Shown piece after piece: positions 53,526-63,298 of a DNA stretch of 64,000 nt; within the stretch, counting starts at the first letter, position 1, and the number at the start of each line of letters is the position of its first letter. Location: positions 768,001 through 832,000 of the forward strand of contig CAVPCR010000001.1 of the NCBI GenBank assembly GCA_963702435.1. The letters run 5' to 3'. The DNA comes from Candidatus Eiseniibacteriota bacterium (GTDB lineage: Bacteria; Eisenbacteria; RBG-16-71-46; CAVPCR01). The notes under the pieces were generated by a model that worked only from the letters and a program-made list of their open reading frames with translations, ran no database searches and was not told the DNA's origin. The position numbers and the translations under genes were made by a program.

Positions 53526-54370
53526 CGGCGCGACTCCTGCCACGGGAAGAGACGGTTCCCGATCGCCACCCACAGCTTGTCGGTGACGAAGGCGACCGCG
53601 ACGATGAGGACGAGCACGAGATAGATGTGCTCGCGCGGCCCCCGCCGCTGCGAGGTGATGATGATCCCGCCGAGGCCCTTCCCGATGTCCACCATCTCGG
53701 CGAGCAGGATGTAGCTCCAGCCGACGCCGAAGCCGAGCCGGAGCGATTCGAAGATGCGCGGCCAGGCCACCGGCAGGAGCACCTGGCGGACCGCCTGGGC
53801 CCGCGAGGCGCCGAGCGTGTAGGCGGTCTTGAGATAGATGTCGTCCACCGCGTCCACCGCCCCCACGATCTGCGGCAGGAGGTAGATGCCGAAGGCCAGG
53901 GCGAGGAAGACGACCTTCTGCAGCTCGCCGGTCCCGAACAGGCTGAGCGTGAGCGGGACCAGGGTCGGAATCGGCAGGTAGGCCCCGAACACGGCCAGCG
54001 GCATGAACGCCGCCCGCACCTTGGTGAACGAGCCCATGAGGAGGCCGAGCGGGAAGACGATGGCCACGGCGAGGAGGAAACCCTCGGCGACGCGCAGGAA
54101 GGAGACGGCGAGATTGCGGGAGACGGCGCGATCGAACCACAGCCCGGGGAAGGAGCGGACGACCTCCCCCGGGCTCGGCAGGATGGTCGGCGAGATCATC
54201 CGCGCCTCGGGCTCGGCCCCGCCGGTGGCGGCGAGCCACACGGCGAGGAGGAGCGCGACCGGGATCACGCCGAGGAGCCAGGCGAGCCAGGGCGGAATGC
54301 GTTCCCTGATGCGGAGCGCCCATATCCCCCCGGCAGACCGGGCCGCACCCCCCGCCGGGCGATCCGTCAC
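53522..54370 (-). CDS. ABC permease, NitT/TauT family
   Basis: LPSPGEV, TAYTLGAS (EAA loop), WSYILLAE, GLG; GTGA overlap with the upstream gene. Confidence 0.92.
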   Translation of the reverse strand: MTDRPAGGAARSAGGIWALRIRERIPPWLAWLLGVIPVALLLAVWLAATGGAEPEARMISPTILPSPGEVVRSFPGLWFDRAVSRNLAVSFLRVAEGFLLAVAIVFPLGLLMGSFTKVRAAFMPLAVFGAYLPIPTLVPLTLSLFGTGELQKVVFLALAFGIYLLPQIVGAVDAVDDIYLKTAYTLGASRAQAVRQVLLPVAWPRIFESLRLGFGVGWSYILLAEMVDIGKGLGGIIITSQRRGPREHIYLVLVLIVAVAFVTDKLWVAIGNRLFPWQESRR

Positions 54371-56103
54371 TTGGCCTCCGGCGGATAGACCGCGATCTCC
54401 ACTCGGCGGTTGAGCGCCTGGTTCAGCGGGTCCTCGGGATCGGCCGGCTCGTCCCAGGCCTTCCCCTCGATCGCGAACTTGGCGGGCTCGAACTTGAACT
54501 TCTTGACGAGCGCCTCCTTGACCGCGTTGGCCCGATCCAGCGAGAGCTGCTTCACGTCATCGTAGCGCACGCCCCGCTCCTTCATCGAGGAGTCGGTGTG
54601 GCCAAGGATCGCGATCACCGCGCGATCGTACTGCCCGACGAGCCGCGCCACCTTCTCGAGCGTCGCATCGACCGACGGATCGTAGAGCGTGCTGGCCAGC
54701 GCATTCCCCAGATCGTCGTGCTGCGGCTCGTAGAGGTTGGACGAGTTCGGATAGAAGTTGATGCGGATGGTCTGGGTGACGATCGGCGCCTCGGCCGAGA
54801 GCTTCTTGTAGCTCGTCGGCGCGAAGACGGCACGCGCGGGCTCCGCCTGGTGCTTGAAGACGCCTTCCCTGTCGAGCTGCTTGACGATCGTGAAGTCCAT
54901 CACCTCATCGAAGCGGGCCGGTGTCCCGATCAGCCCGAGCTCCCGGTATACGAAGTTGATGTTCTTCCAGCTCCGCTCGAAGTTGGTCGGGCTGTTCGCG
55001 TTGAGGAAGAAGTCCTTGTTCTCGGGGAAGTTGGTCGAGTGGGCGTCGTTGACCATGCCGGCGATCTCGTCCACTGGCATGCCGTAGCCCTCGCCCATCC
55101 ACTGGAAGGCCTGGGCCTTGAACGTCCCGTCGTTGAGGAGGTCCATCCCCTTGAAGATCCCGGCGACCAGGCCCTTCACGATCTCGGGATGATCCTTCGC
55201 GAAGTCGGCGCGCGCCGCCCATACGTCGGCGATCAGCTTGTTGGCCTCGGCCGTGGTGGTGAGGATGCGCGTGCCGGGGACCTTGTCCGGGATGTTGTAG
55301 ATGTCGGGCGCCCACGACACGCAGGCGTCGATCTTCTTGTCGGCGACGAAGGCGGCCGCCGCCTCGAAGGCGGTGGCCGTGTACTTGTGCTTGACCTCGG
55401 CCGGCTGGATCCCGGCGGCGAGCAGCAGGTTGTTGATGAAGTACTGGGACGGGCTGTTCTGGGCGTAGACCACCGTCTTGCCCTTGAGATCCCGCACCGA
55501 CTGGATGTCGCCGCGGACGACGATGCCGTCGCCGCCGCTCGACCAGTCGATCTGCTGGTAGACGCGCGGCGCGGTGCGCGAGTCCTGCATCAGCCCGGGC
55601 GCGAACAGCGCGATCATGTCGAGCGTGCCCCACAGGATGTGGCTCTCGCCCGCGGCGAAGGCGTCGCGCGCCACCACCGGATCGTCGACCAGTTTCAGAT
55701 TCACCTTGAACCCGTAGTCCTTGAAGAAGACCGACTCGGTCGAGGGCGCGAACCCGTGGTTCGCGGCCACGATCGGCAGCCAGCCGATCCAGACGTTGAT
55801 CGGGAACTGGACGATCTTCTCCTTCGCGTCCCACTTGTAGTTCGAGACGCCCTTGACCGGCGGCAGCTTCTCCGACGGCACGTAGGTGTACTCGTTGACC
55901 GTGGTGATGCCCTTGGTGTCGGGGGCCTCGAACTTGCCGGCCTGATCCTTGAAGGCGTCGAGGTCGACATCTCCCGGGCCTTCCTTGCCGGCGGGCAGGA
56001 TCGCGTCGCGGAAGAAGTAAACGGCGCCCGCGACCAGGGCCAGGATGAAGAGCACGAGCACGAGCTTCCCGAGGCCAGTCGTTCCCACCTTCTCATCCGC
56101 CAT
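54367..56103 (-). CDS. Membrane-anchored NMT1/SsuA-like substrate-binding protein fused to an OmpA-like peptidoglycan-binding domain
   Basis: AAGGAG RBS; N-terminal TM; WIGW, DWSSGGDGIV, DLKGKTV, WAP; C-term GHTDS...LSLDRANAVK...NRRVEI. Confidence 0.88.
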   Translation of the reverse strand: MADEKVGTTGLGKLVLVLFILALVAGAVYFFRDAILPAGKEGPGDVDLDAFKDQAGKFEAPDTKGITTVNEYTYVPSEKLPPVKGVSNYKWDAKEKIVQFPINVWIGWLPIVAANHGFAPSTESVFFKDYGFKVNLKLVDDPVVARDAFAAGESHILWGTLDMIALFAPGLMQDSRTAPRVYQQIDWSSGGDGIVVRGDIQSVRDLKGKTVVYAQNSPSQYFINNLLLAAGIQPAEVKHKYTATAFEAAAAFVADKKIDACVSWAPDIYNIPDKVPGTRILTTTAEANKLIADVWAARADFAKDHPEIVKGLVAGIFKGMDLLNDGTFKAQAFQWMGEGYGMPVDEIAGMVNDAHSTNFPENKDFFLNANSPTNFERSWKNINFVYRELGLIGTPARFDEVMDFTIVKQLDREGVFKHQAEPARAVFAPTSYKKLSAEAPIVTQTIRINFYPNSSNLYEPQHDDLGNALASTLYDPSVDATLEKVARLVGQYDRAVIAILGHTDSSMKERGVRYDDVKQLSLDRANAVKEALVKKFKFEPAKFAIEGKAWDEPADPEDPLNQALNRRVEIAVYPPEAK

Positions 56104-56167
56104 CATCAATCTCCTTCCTCAAGCGCCTCGTGCCGGCGCGGCGCACCGGGGCCGGCCGGGGGAACCC

Positions 56168-56926
56168 TCACGACTCCCGGACCTGCGGGCCCATGTCCTT
56201 CTGGGGCGGCGCCGGCGCCGGCCCCTCGGCGGCCTTCTCCGCCGGCGGCAGCTCGAGGCCGTAGCTCGCCGCGAACTCGGTGAGTGCCTGCTCGGCAAGC
56301 GCCTGCTGCTCCGCCTCCAGGAGCTCCACCTTGGAGGTGTCGATCGTCGTCGCGGCGACCCGGGTGCGGCCCGCCGCCTTGTCGCGCCGCTCGGTCAGGT
56401 ACTCCTCGACGCGGTTCAGGGTGTCGCCCGAGCCGCCGACCGTGGCGATCATGCCGGTGGCCATCTCCTGGAGCTCGGCCTGCGCCTCGAGCATCTCGGT
56501 CTCGGTCATGAGGCGCTTCAGGTTCTCGATCTTCGCCTGCGCGTCCCTGACCGAGACGTCGCGCGCCTGCACGAGCTTCTTGAAGGTCTCCTCGGCGGTC
56601 GCGAGCTGCGCGCGATTCTCCTCGAGCTGCTCCTTCACCGTCTTCAACTGGAGCGCGTACTGGGCGGCGGCGTTGCGGTTCCCCACCTTCAGGTTGGCCG
56701 CAGCCTTGGCCGCGAGATCGCGCTCCTGCGCCTCGAGGTTCTTGACCTGGCGGAGCAGCCGTTCGGTGAACCCCGCGTGCACGGCGAGGTTGTCGTTGTA
56801 GCGGGCGATCTGCTTGCGCAGGTTCTCCTTCTCGACTTCGATCAGCGCGCGGGGATTCTGGCGCTCGATGCCGGAGATGAACAGACCGAGGAATCCCCTG
56901 ATCAGATTGGAGAGGCGCATCCACAT
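56168..56926 (-). CDS. pspA: PspA/IM30 (ESCRT-III superfamily) protein
   Basis: AAGGAG RBS; amphipathic N-term MWMRLSNLIRGFLG..IERQNP, long coiled coil with AAANLKVGNRNAAAQYA, LNRVEE, low-complexity C-terminal extension. Confidence 0.85.
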   Translation of the reverse strand: MWMRLSNLIRGFLGLFISGIERQNPRALIEVEKENLRKQIARYNDNLAVHAGFTERLLRQVKNLEAQERDLAAKAAANLKVGNRNAAAQYALQLKTVKEQLEENRAQLATAEETFKKLVQARDVSVRDAQAKIENLKRLMTETEMLEAQAELQEMATGMIATVGGSGDTLNRVEEYLTERRDKAAGRTRVAATTIDTSKVELLEAEQQALAEQALTEFAASYGLELPPAEKAAEGPAPAPPQKDMGPQVRES

Positions 56927-57006
56927 GGCGGGCTCCTTCGCCGGGCAGTCCCGATACGGCGGTCCGCGGGCCGGACCGCACGCGGCAACTTCATTTGACG
57001 GCGCGG

Positions 57007-57036
57007 ATTATCCGCAGAGCCCCGCTCGGGTGTCAA
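57007..57036 (-). promoter_or_regulatory. sigma70 promoter of the pspA operon
   Basis: TTGACA-18 nt-GATAAT on the minus strand. Confidence 0.6.
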
Positions 57037-57066
57037 CCTGACCCGGCCCGGCTCGCCCGGCGGCAG

Positions 57067-57095
57067 TTGAACTGGGCGCCGCCGTGGCGCACCAT
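57067..57095 (+). promoter_or_regulatory. Possible sigma70 promoter of the DUF692 gene (leaderless)
   Basis: TTGAAC-17 nt-CACCAT ending 6 nt before ATG 57102. Confidence 0.4.
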
Positions 57096-57101
57096 CGGGA
57101 C

Positions 57102-58007
57102 ATGAGCTCGATCGAGAGCCCGGCCTTCAGCGAGCGAGTGGCGCGCCTCCCCCGCCTCGGCCTCGGCGTGTCCACCGAGTTCGGAGCGGCTGCCGCGCCC
57201 GGGGCCCTCGACGTGAACGCGCTCTCCTACGCCCAGCCGCGATGGGCCGCGTTCCTCGAGGTCGGCGTGGAGACGGCCAAGGGGCTCGATCGCTCGACGC
57301 GGGCCTGGGCGGCCCACGGCCTCCCCACGACCTACCACTTCCTGGATCTCAACCTCGATCATCCGGAGGATTTCGACCCGGCGTGGCTCGACCGGGTCAA
57401 GGAGATCGCCGCGATCCTCCGGCCCGCCTGGGTGTGCGGGGACGCCGGGCTCTGGCACTTCGGACCGCGCGACCGCGGACACATGCTGCTCCTCCCCCCG
57501 ATCCTCGCCGGAGAGACCGCCACCGCCATGGCCGCGGGGATCCGCCGCCTCCGGGACGAGCTCGGCCTGGAAGTGCTGCCGGAGAACCCGCCGGGACAGG
57601 TCTTCCTCGGCGATCTCGGTCTCCTCGACTTCTTCGCGCGGCTCGCGGCCGAGGCCGACACCGGGCTCCTTCTCGACTGCGCCCACCTGGCCATCTACCA
57701 GCGGGCGATGGGGCGCTCGCCGCTCGACGGGTTCGACGGCTTCCCCCTCGATCGCGTCGTCGAGATGCATGTCGCCGGGGGCACCGAGGAGGAGCGGGAG
57801 GGGTACCGCTACGTCGAGGACGACCACCTGACCCGGGTCCTGCCCGAGACCTGGGCCATCTTCGAGCACGTGGCGCCGCGCGCCCCGAACCTGAGGGCGG
57901 TGGTCTTCGAGTGCGAGCGGAACCCGCTCCGGGACTGCCTCCCCGTGTTCGAACGCATCCACCGCGTGCTCGCCGACTCGCCGCTCGCCGCCGAGGTCGC
58001 CTCGTGA
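57102..58007 (+). CDS. DUF692 / MNIO (MbnB/TglH/ChrH-like) multinuclear iron enzyme
   Basis: LPRLGLG, FLEV, YH, PENPP, LLLDCAH, EMHVAGG, EDDH, VVFECE. Confidence 0.85.
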   Translation: MSSIESPAFSERVARLPRLGLGVSTEFGAAAAPGALDVNALSYAQPRWAAFLEVGVETAKGLDRSTRAWAAHGLPTTYHFLDLNLDHPEDFDPAWLDRVKEIAAILRPAWVCGDAGLWHFGPRDRGHMLLLPPILAGETATAMAAGIRRLRDELGLEVLPENPPGQVFLGDLGLLDFFARLAAEADTGLLLDCAHLAIYQRAMGRSPLDGFDGFPLDRVVEMHVAGGTEEEREGYRYVEDDHLTRVLPETWAIFEHVAPRAPNLRAVVFECERNPLRDCLPVFERIHRVLADSPLAAEVAS

Positions 58008-58900
58008 GCGGGCGAGCGCTCTACCGGCTCGTGGTCCGGATGCTCTACGACCCGGATCTCGCCCGCGCCGTCTACGCCGACCGGGACCGTGCTCTCGCCG
58101 GCGAGGACCTGACCGCGGAGGAACGGAGCTGGCTCGTGGCGCCCGATCCGCGGGCCTATCGCACGGATCGGGCGCGCCGGGCGCGGACCCTGGCGGCGCT
58201 GATGGAGGAGTTGTCCACAGCCGCCGCCATGGCGCTCCGGCGGGGGCGGGAAGGCGCGCGGCCCCCCGAGACCAAGCTCCTGGAGGCGTTCTTCGCCAGC
58301 CGGTTCTTCCATGACGCGATCCGGGGCGGAGCGGCCATGATCTTCGCCTTCGCCGACTACCTCGAGCTCGGCCCGCCGGGTCAGGTGGACGCGCGCGTCG
58401 GGCCGCTCGCGCGGCTCGACAAGGCCATCGCCGCGGTGCGGCGCGCGCCGGCGCCGCCGGCCGGCGAACCCCGCCCCCACCCCGGCGACTCGACGCACCT
58501 CGTCCTCGCGCCGTGGGCCAGGGTCCTGGCGGTGCCGGCCGGCACGTCGGAGCTCCACCATCGTGTGAGCGGCGCCCTGACCGCCCGCGGGCGGACGGCG
58601 ATCGAGTCGCTCCTCGATCCGCGCTGGTCGCTCCCGGTGCTCCTCGGACTCGAGCCGGATGCGCAGGAGCATCTCGTGGTGGACAAGGTGCCGGAGCCGG
58701 GGATGTCGTGGGCGGACGCTACCCCGCGCTACGCGCCGGTGACGCCCGAGCTCTACTCCCTCCTCAGGTCCGCCGAGACGAGGATCGCCGAGCCGGCGCT
58801 CGCCGCGCGGATGCGGGAGCTCGGCGCCGAGCCCGGCGAGGAAGCAGCGGTCCTCGGGAACCTCGTGACCGAGGGCCTCCTCTGTCCCGCGGCGCCGTGA
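58004..58900 (+). CDS. Probable MNIO partner protein
   Basis: GTGA overlap with DUF692; N-term RMLYDPDLARAVYADRDRALAGEDLTAEER; C-term winged-helix-like LGNLVTEGLL. Confidence 0.7.
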   Translation: MSGRALYRLVVRMLYDPDLARAVYADRDRALAGEDLTAEERSWLVAPDPRAYRTDRARRARTLAALMEELSTAAAMALRRGREGARPPETKLLEAFFASRFFHDAIRGGAAMIFAFADYLELGPPGQVDARVGPLARLDKAIAAVRRAPAPPAGEPRPHPGDSTHLVLAPWARVLAVPAGTSELHHRVSGALTARGRTAIESLLDPRWSLPVLLGLEPDAQEHLVVDKVPEPGMSWADATPRYAPVTPELYSLLRSAETRIAEPALAARMRELGAEPGEEAAVLGNLVTEGLLCPAAP

Positions 58901-59099
58901 ACCGGCGGAATTGCGGCCCCCCGCTTGCCGGCAGGCAAGAAAGTGCTTCTTTTCCGCAAGAAAAGTCCCCATCGCGTGCGCGATGCGGTAAGAATACGGG
59001 CCATGGACAGGACGCAGCGCTCGCGCGCCGGCCACCATGGACCGGCCGAGCGCCGCCGCTCCACGAGACATAGGCTCCAGGGATTGGAGGAAAAGAACA

Positions 59100-59471
59100 G
59101 TGGCTGCCAAGAAGACCGTGAAGAAGGTCGCCAAGGTGACCGGCCCCGCCGCCTACAAGTTCGCGAAGGCTGACAAGCCGCGCAGCAAGGGAGTGATCGT
59201 CGGGCAGATCGCCGAGAAGACCGGCCTCACGCGCAAGCAGGTCGTGAGCGTGTTCGATGCCATGACCTCGATGCTGCAGAGCGATCTCAAAGCCGGTCCC
59301 AAGTCGTTCAGCCTCGCCGGGCTCGCCAAGTTCACCGTGCAGTACAAGCCCGCGACCAAGGCGCGCAAGGGCATCAACCCGTTCACCGGCGAGGAGGCCA
59401 TGTTCAAGGCCAAGCCGGCGCGCAACGTGGTCAAGATCCGCGCCCTCAAGGCCCTCAAGGACTCGGTGTAG
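59100..59471 (+). CDS. HU-family DNA-binding protein with basic N-terminal extension
   Basis: GGAGG-GTG; IAEKTGLTRKQV, ARKGINPFTGE, KPARNVVKIRALKALKDSV. Confidence 0.92.
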   Translation: MAAKKTVKKVAKVTGPAAYKFAKADKPRSKGVIVGQIAEKTGLTRKQVVSVFDAMTSMLQSDLKAGPKSFSLAGLAKFTVQYKPATKARKGINPFTGEEAMFKAKPARNVVKIRALKALKDSV

Positions 59472-59509
59472 TCAGAGCGCACAGGCCGACGCGTTCGGCC
59501 TGTTGAGAG

Positions 59510-59586
59510 AAACGGCCCGCCCGCGTTTCGACTCGAACCCTCCGCGGTGAACTGAGCGGATTCGAGCCGGCGCGGGCGGGCCGTTT
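59510..59586. terminator. Long bidirectional hairpin between HU and metH
   Basis: 16-bp perfect outer stem AAACGGCCCGCCCGCG/CGCGGGCGGGCCGTTT plus inner CTCGAA/TTCGAG. Confidence 0.7.
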
Positions 59587-59680
59587 ATTGCCGGCCGCGG
59601 CGGCGGAATTCGCGGCGTGCGGCGGCGCTACGCGCCGGGCGGGGCTGCGGGCGCGATCTCGCCGGAGGCAGTGCGGCGCG

Positions 59681-62600
59681 CTACTCGCGGGCCGCGACCG
59701 TGATCTCGGCGGCCTCGGCGGCGCCGGCGGCGAAGTAGACGGCGTCAGGGTGATGGAACACGAGGGCCGACACGCTCGCCTCGGGATCCATCATGAAGCC
59801 CTCGGTGAGATCCACTCCGATGTCGGCGGGCGCGAGCAGCTTGAAGAGCGTCGCCTGATCGCCGAGCTCGGGACAGGCGGGATAGCCGAACGAGTAGCGT
59901 TTCCCGCGATAGTGGGCGCGGAAGCGATCGCGCATGGTCGTCTCCGGCGGGTCGGGGAAGCCCCACAGGTTGCGGAGCCGCGCGTGCAGCCACTCGGCCG
60001 CGGCCTCCGCCGTCTCCAGCGCGAGCGCCGAGAGCGCGTGCGAGCGTACGTACTCGCCGCGCGCCTTCGCTTCCTCGGCGCGGGCGCGGATCCCGGCGCC
60101 GGCGGTGGTGACGAAGAGCGCAACGCTATCGCGGGCGCCGTCCCGCGCCGGCAGCACGAAATCGGGAATGGCGAGCCCCGGCTCCTTCCCCTGCCGCGGG
60201 AAGGCGATCCGGGCCGCCGGCTCCCGCGCCGCGGGCCCGGCGAAGAGGAGGAGATCGTTCCCGGCGCTCTCCGCGGCGAAGAACTGCCAGACCACACGGA
60301 CCTGCATCGCCCCGGCGCGGCACTCGGCCTTGACCGCCTCGACCGCCGCTTCGAGCGCGAGCGCCTTCTCGTCCCCCGCGGCCCGGAGGCGTTCGTAATC
60401 GCCGCGGAGCCCGAGGTGTCGCCCGTAGAGCATCTGCGGATTCAGGTAGGCCCACACCTCGTCGAGCGAGGGCACGTGGAGGACATGGCGCTCCAGGTCG
60501 GGCGCCGGCGGGATCGGGAGATCGGTGCGAACCGCGGCGGAGCGCACCGCAGGGCGCGCCGCGCCCGGGCGGCCGTCTCCGCCCGGCGGCGCGGCCTGGG
60601 CGGCGGCTTGAGCAGCGGCGCTCTTCTCCTCCGCGGCGATCCTGGCGGCGAGCTCGCCGCGACCGGCGGGATCCATGAGCTTGTTCATGAGATCGAGCCC
60701 GTTCATCGCGTCCTTGGCGTAGATGACGAGCCCGTCATACGCCGGCGCGATCCGCGTCCGCGTGAACTTGCCGGTGAGCGCCGCCCCACCGACCAGGATC
60801 GGCACCCCCACCCCGGCATCGCGCATGTCGGCGGCGGTGACCACCATCTGCTGCGCCGACTTGACGAGGAGCCCGGAGAGCCCGACCACATCCGGGGCAT
60901 GCTCGCGCACGGCCGCGATCAGGGCCTCCGGCGGCACCTTGATCCCCAGGTTGACCACCGTGTAGCCGTTGTTCGCGAGGACGATCTCGACCAGGTTCTT
61001 GCCGATGTCGTGCACATCGCCCTTGACCGTGGCGAGTAGCACCTTGCCCCGGGACTGGGTGTCCGCCTTCTCCATGAACGGCTCGAGGTGGTTCACCGCC
61101 GCCTTCATCGCCTCGGCGCTCTGGAGCACCTCGGCCACGATGAGCTCGTTCGCGTTGAAGAGCCGGCCCACCTCGTCCATCCCGCGCATGAGCGGACCGT
61201 TGACGATGTCGAGGGGAGTGCGCCTCCTTGCGCTTCAGCTCGAGATCGGCGATCAGGCCGTCCTTGGTGCCCTCGATGATGTAGCTCGCGAGCCGCTCGT
61301 CGAGCGGGAGCGCCTTCGTGTCGCGCTTGATCCGTGACGCGGCGTCCCGGAAGTGGGCGGCGAAGGCGGCGACCGGATCGGCGCCCCGGTTCCACAGGAG
61401 GTCCTCGGCGAGCGCGCGCTCGCGCTCGGGGATCGAGGCGTAGCGCTCGAGCTTCTCGGTGTTGACGATGGCGAGGTCGAGTCCGGCCCGCGTCGCGTGG
61501 TAGAGGAAGACCGAGTTCAGGACCTCGCGCCCGGCGGCGGGCAGGCCGAACGACACGTTCGAGACGCCGAGGATGGTCTTCGTCTCCGGGAACGCTTCCT
61601 TGATCAGGCGGAGCCCCTCGATGGTCTCGACCGCGCTCCCCACGTACTTCGCATCGCCGGTCCCGCAGGGAAAGGTGAGCGGGTCGCAGATCACGTCCTC
61701 GGGCGGGATCCCGTACTTCCCGGTCATGAGCGCGTACGCGCGGCCGGCCACCTCGAGCTTGCGCTCGCGCGTCACCGCCATGCCGGCGGCCGGATCCTCG
61801 TCGATCGTGCCGCAGACGACCGCGGCGCCGAAACGGCGCGCGAGCGGCAGCACGTGGGCGAAGCGCTCCTCGCCGTCCTCGAGGTTCACCGAGTTGATGA
61901 TCGCCTTCCCCTGGCTGTAGGTGAGCGCCAGCTCGATGACCCGCGGGTCGGTCGAGTCGATCATGAGCGGCGCCTTCACCTTGCGGATGAGCTCGGGCAG
62001 GAAGGCGTCCATGTCGGCGAGCTCGTCGCGATCGGGATCGGCGAGGCAGACGTCCACGATCCCGGCGCCGCCCTTCACCTGGCGGCGGCCGACCTCGCTC
62101 GCCTCCTCCCACTTCCCCGCGGTGACGAGCTCCTTGAACTGGCGCGAGCCGATCACGTTCGTGCGCTCGCCGACGAGGACGGGCCGGTTGTCATCGCTCA
62201 CCTCGAGGAAGTCGATCCCGGAGACGAACGTGCGCCGGTGCTCGGCCGGGACGCGCGGCCGCTTCCCCTCCACCATGGCGGCGAGCGCCGGATGTGCGCC
62301 GGGGTCGTGCCGCAGCAGCCGCCGACGAGGTTGAGCCAGCCCTGCTCCGCGAAGCGCTCGAGCACGCGCGCCATGCCGTCCGGCGTCTCGAGGTAGCGCC
62401 CCTCCGCGTCGGGCAGCCCCGCGTTCGGAATGCAGGAGACGCGGGTCTTCGCGAGCGCCGAGAGGGCCCGCAGGTGATCGGTCATGAACTCCGGTCCGGT
62501 GGCGCAGTTGAGCCCGATCGAGAAGAGGTCCGCGTGCATGACCGAGGCGTAGAGGGCCTCGACGCTCTGCCCGGCGAGCATGGTGCCCGTGGGCTCGATC

Positions 62601-63199
62601 GTGCCGCACACCATGACCGGCACCCGATGGCCGATCTCGGCCGCCGCCGCCGCGATGCCGAGGAGCGCGGCCTTCACGTTCCGCGTGTCCTGCTGCGTCT
62701 CGACGAGGAGGAGATCCACGCCGCCCACGAGGAGCCCCACCGCCTGCTCGCGGAAGGCGGCCGTGAGCTCGTCGAACGTGACGCCCCCGGTCACCGTGAT
62801 GGCCTTGGTCGTCGGACCGATCGAGCCGGCGACGAAGCGCGGGCGCGCCGGGGTCGAGTGCTCGCGCGCGGCCCGGCCGGCGAGCTCGGCGGCGACCCGG
62901 TTGAGCTCGCGGGTGCGCGCGGCGAGGCCGTACTCGGCGAGGACGATCGGCGTGCCGCCGAAGGTGTCGGTCTCGAGGATGTCGGCGCCGGCCTCGAGGT
63001 AGCCGCGATGGATATCGAGGATCACATCGGGGCGGGTGAGGACGAGGTGCTCGTTGCAGCCCTCGAGCTCGGGCCCGCCGAAGTCGGCCGCGGTGAGATC
63101 GCGCGCCTGGATCGCGGTGCCCATGGCGCCGTCGAGGACGAGGATGCGCTCGCGGAGCAGCTCCTCGAGGAGAAGGGTGCGCGATTCGTGGGAGGTCAT
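59681..63199 (-). CDS. metH: Cobalamin-dependent methionine synthase (apparent indels near 62290 and 61222)
   Basis: LDGAMGT, GLNC, GGCCGT, VGERTN, ATVKGDVHDIGKN, SGLL, RYSFGYPACP spread over three consecutive frames. Confidence 0.92.
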
Positions 63200-63269
63200 G
63201 GCTCCTGGCCCGCTCGTCGTCGGGGGGTTGGGGCCGCGGTGTGGTGCAACGCGGTGCTTGCTGCGCGGG

Positions 63270-63298
63270 ATTCTATCCGGATCGGGACCCGGCAGCAA
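63270..63298 (-). promoter_or_regulatory. sigma70 promoter of metH
   Basis: TTGCTG-17 nt-TAGAAT on the minus strand. Confidence 0.55.

Noticed and set aside
58925..59173. 82-aa ORF as precursor peptide for the MNIO
   Set aside because: Overlaps HU in another frame, covers the probable HU promoter region, and has no RBS or repeated Cys core
59681..63199. metH as a split gene or pseudogene
   Set aside because: All domains and motifs are intact and each break is a 1-nt shift, matching the indel pattern elsewhere in the window
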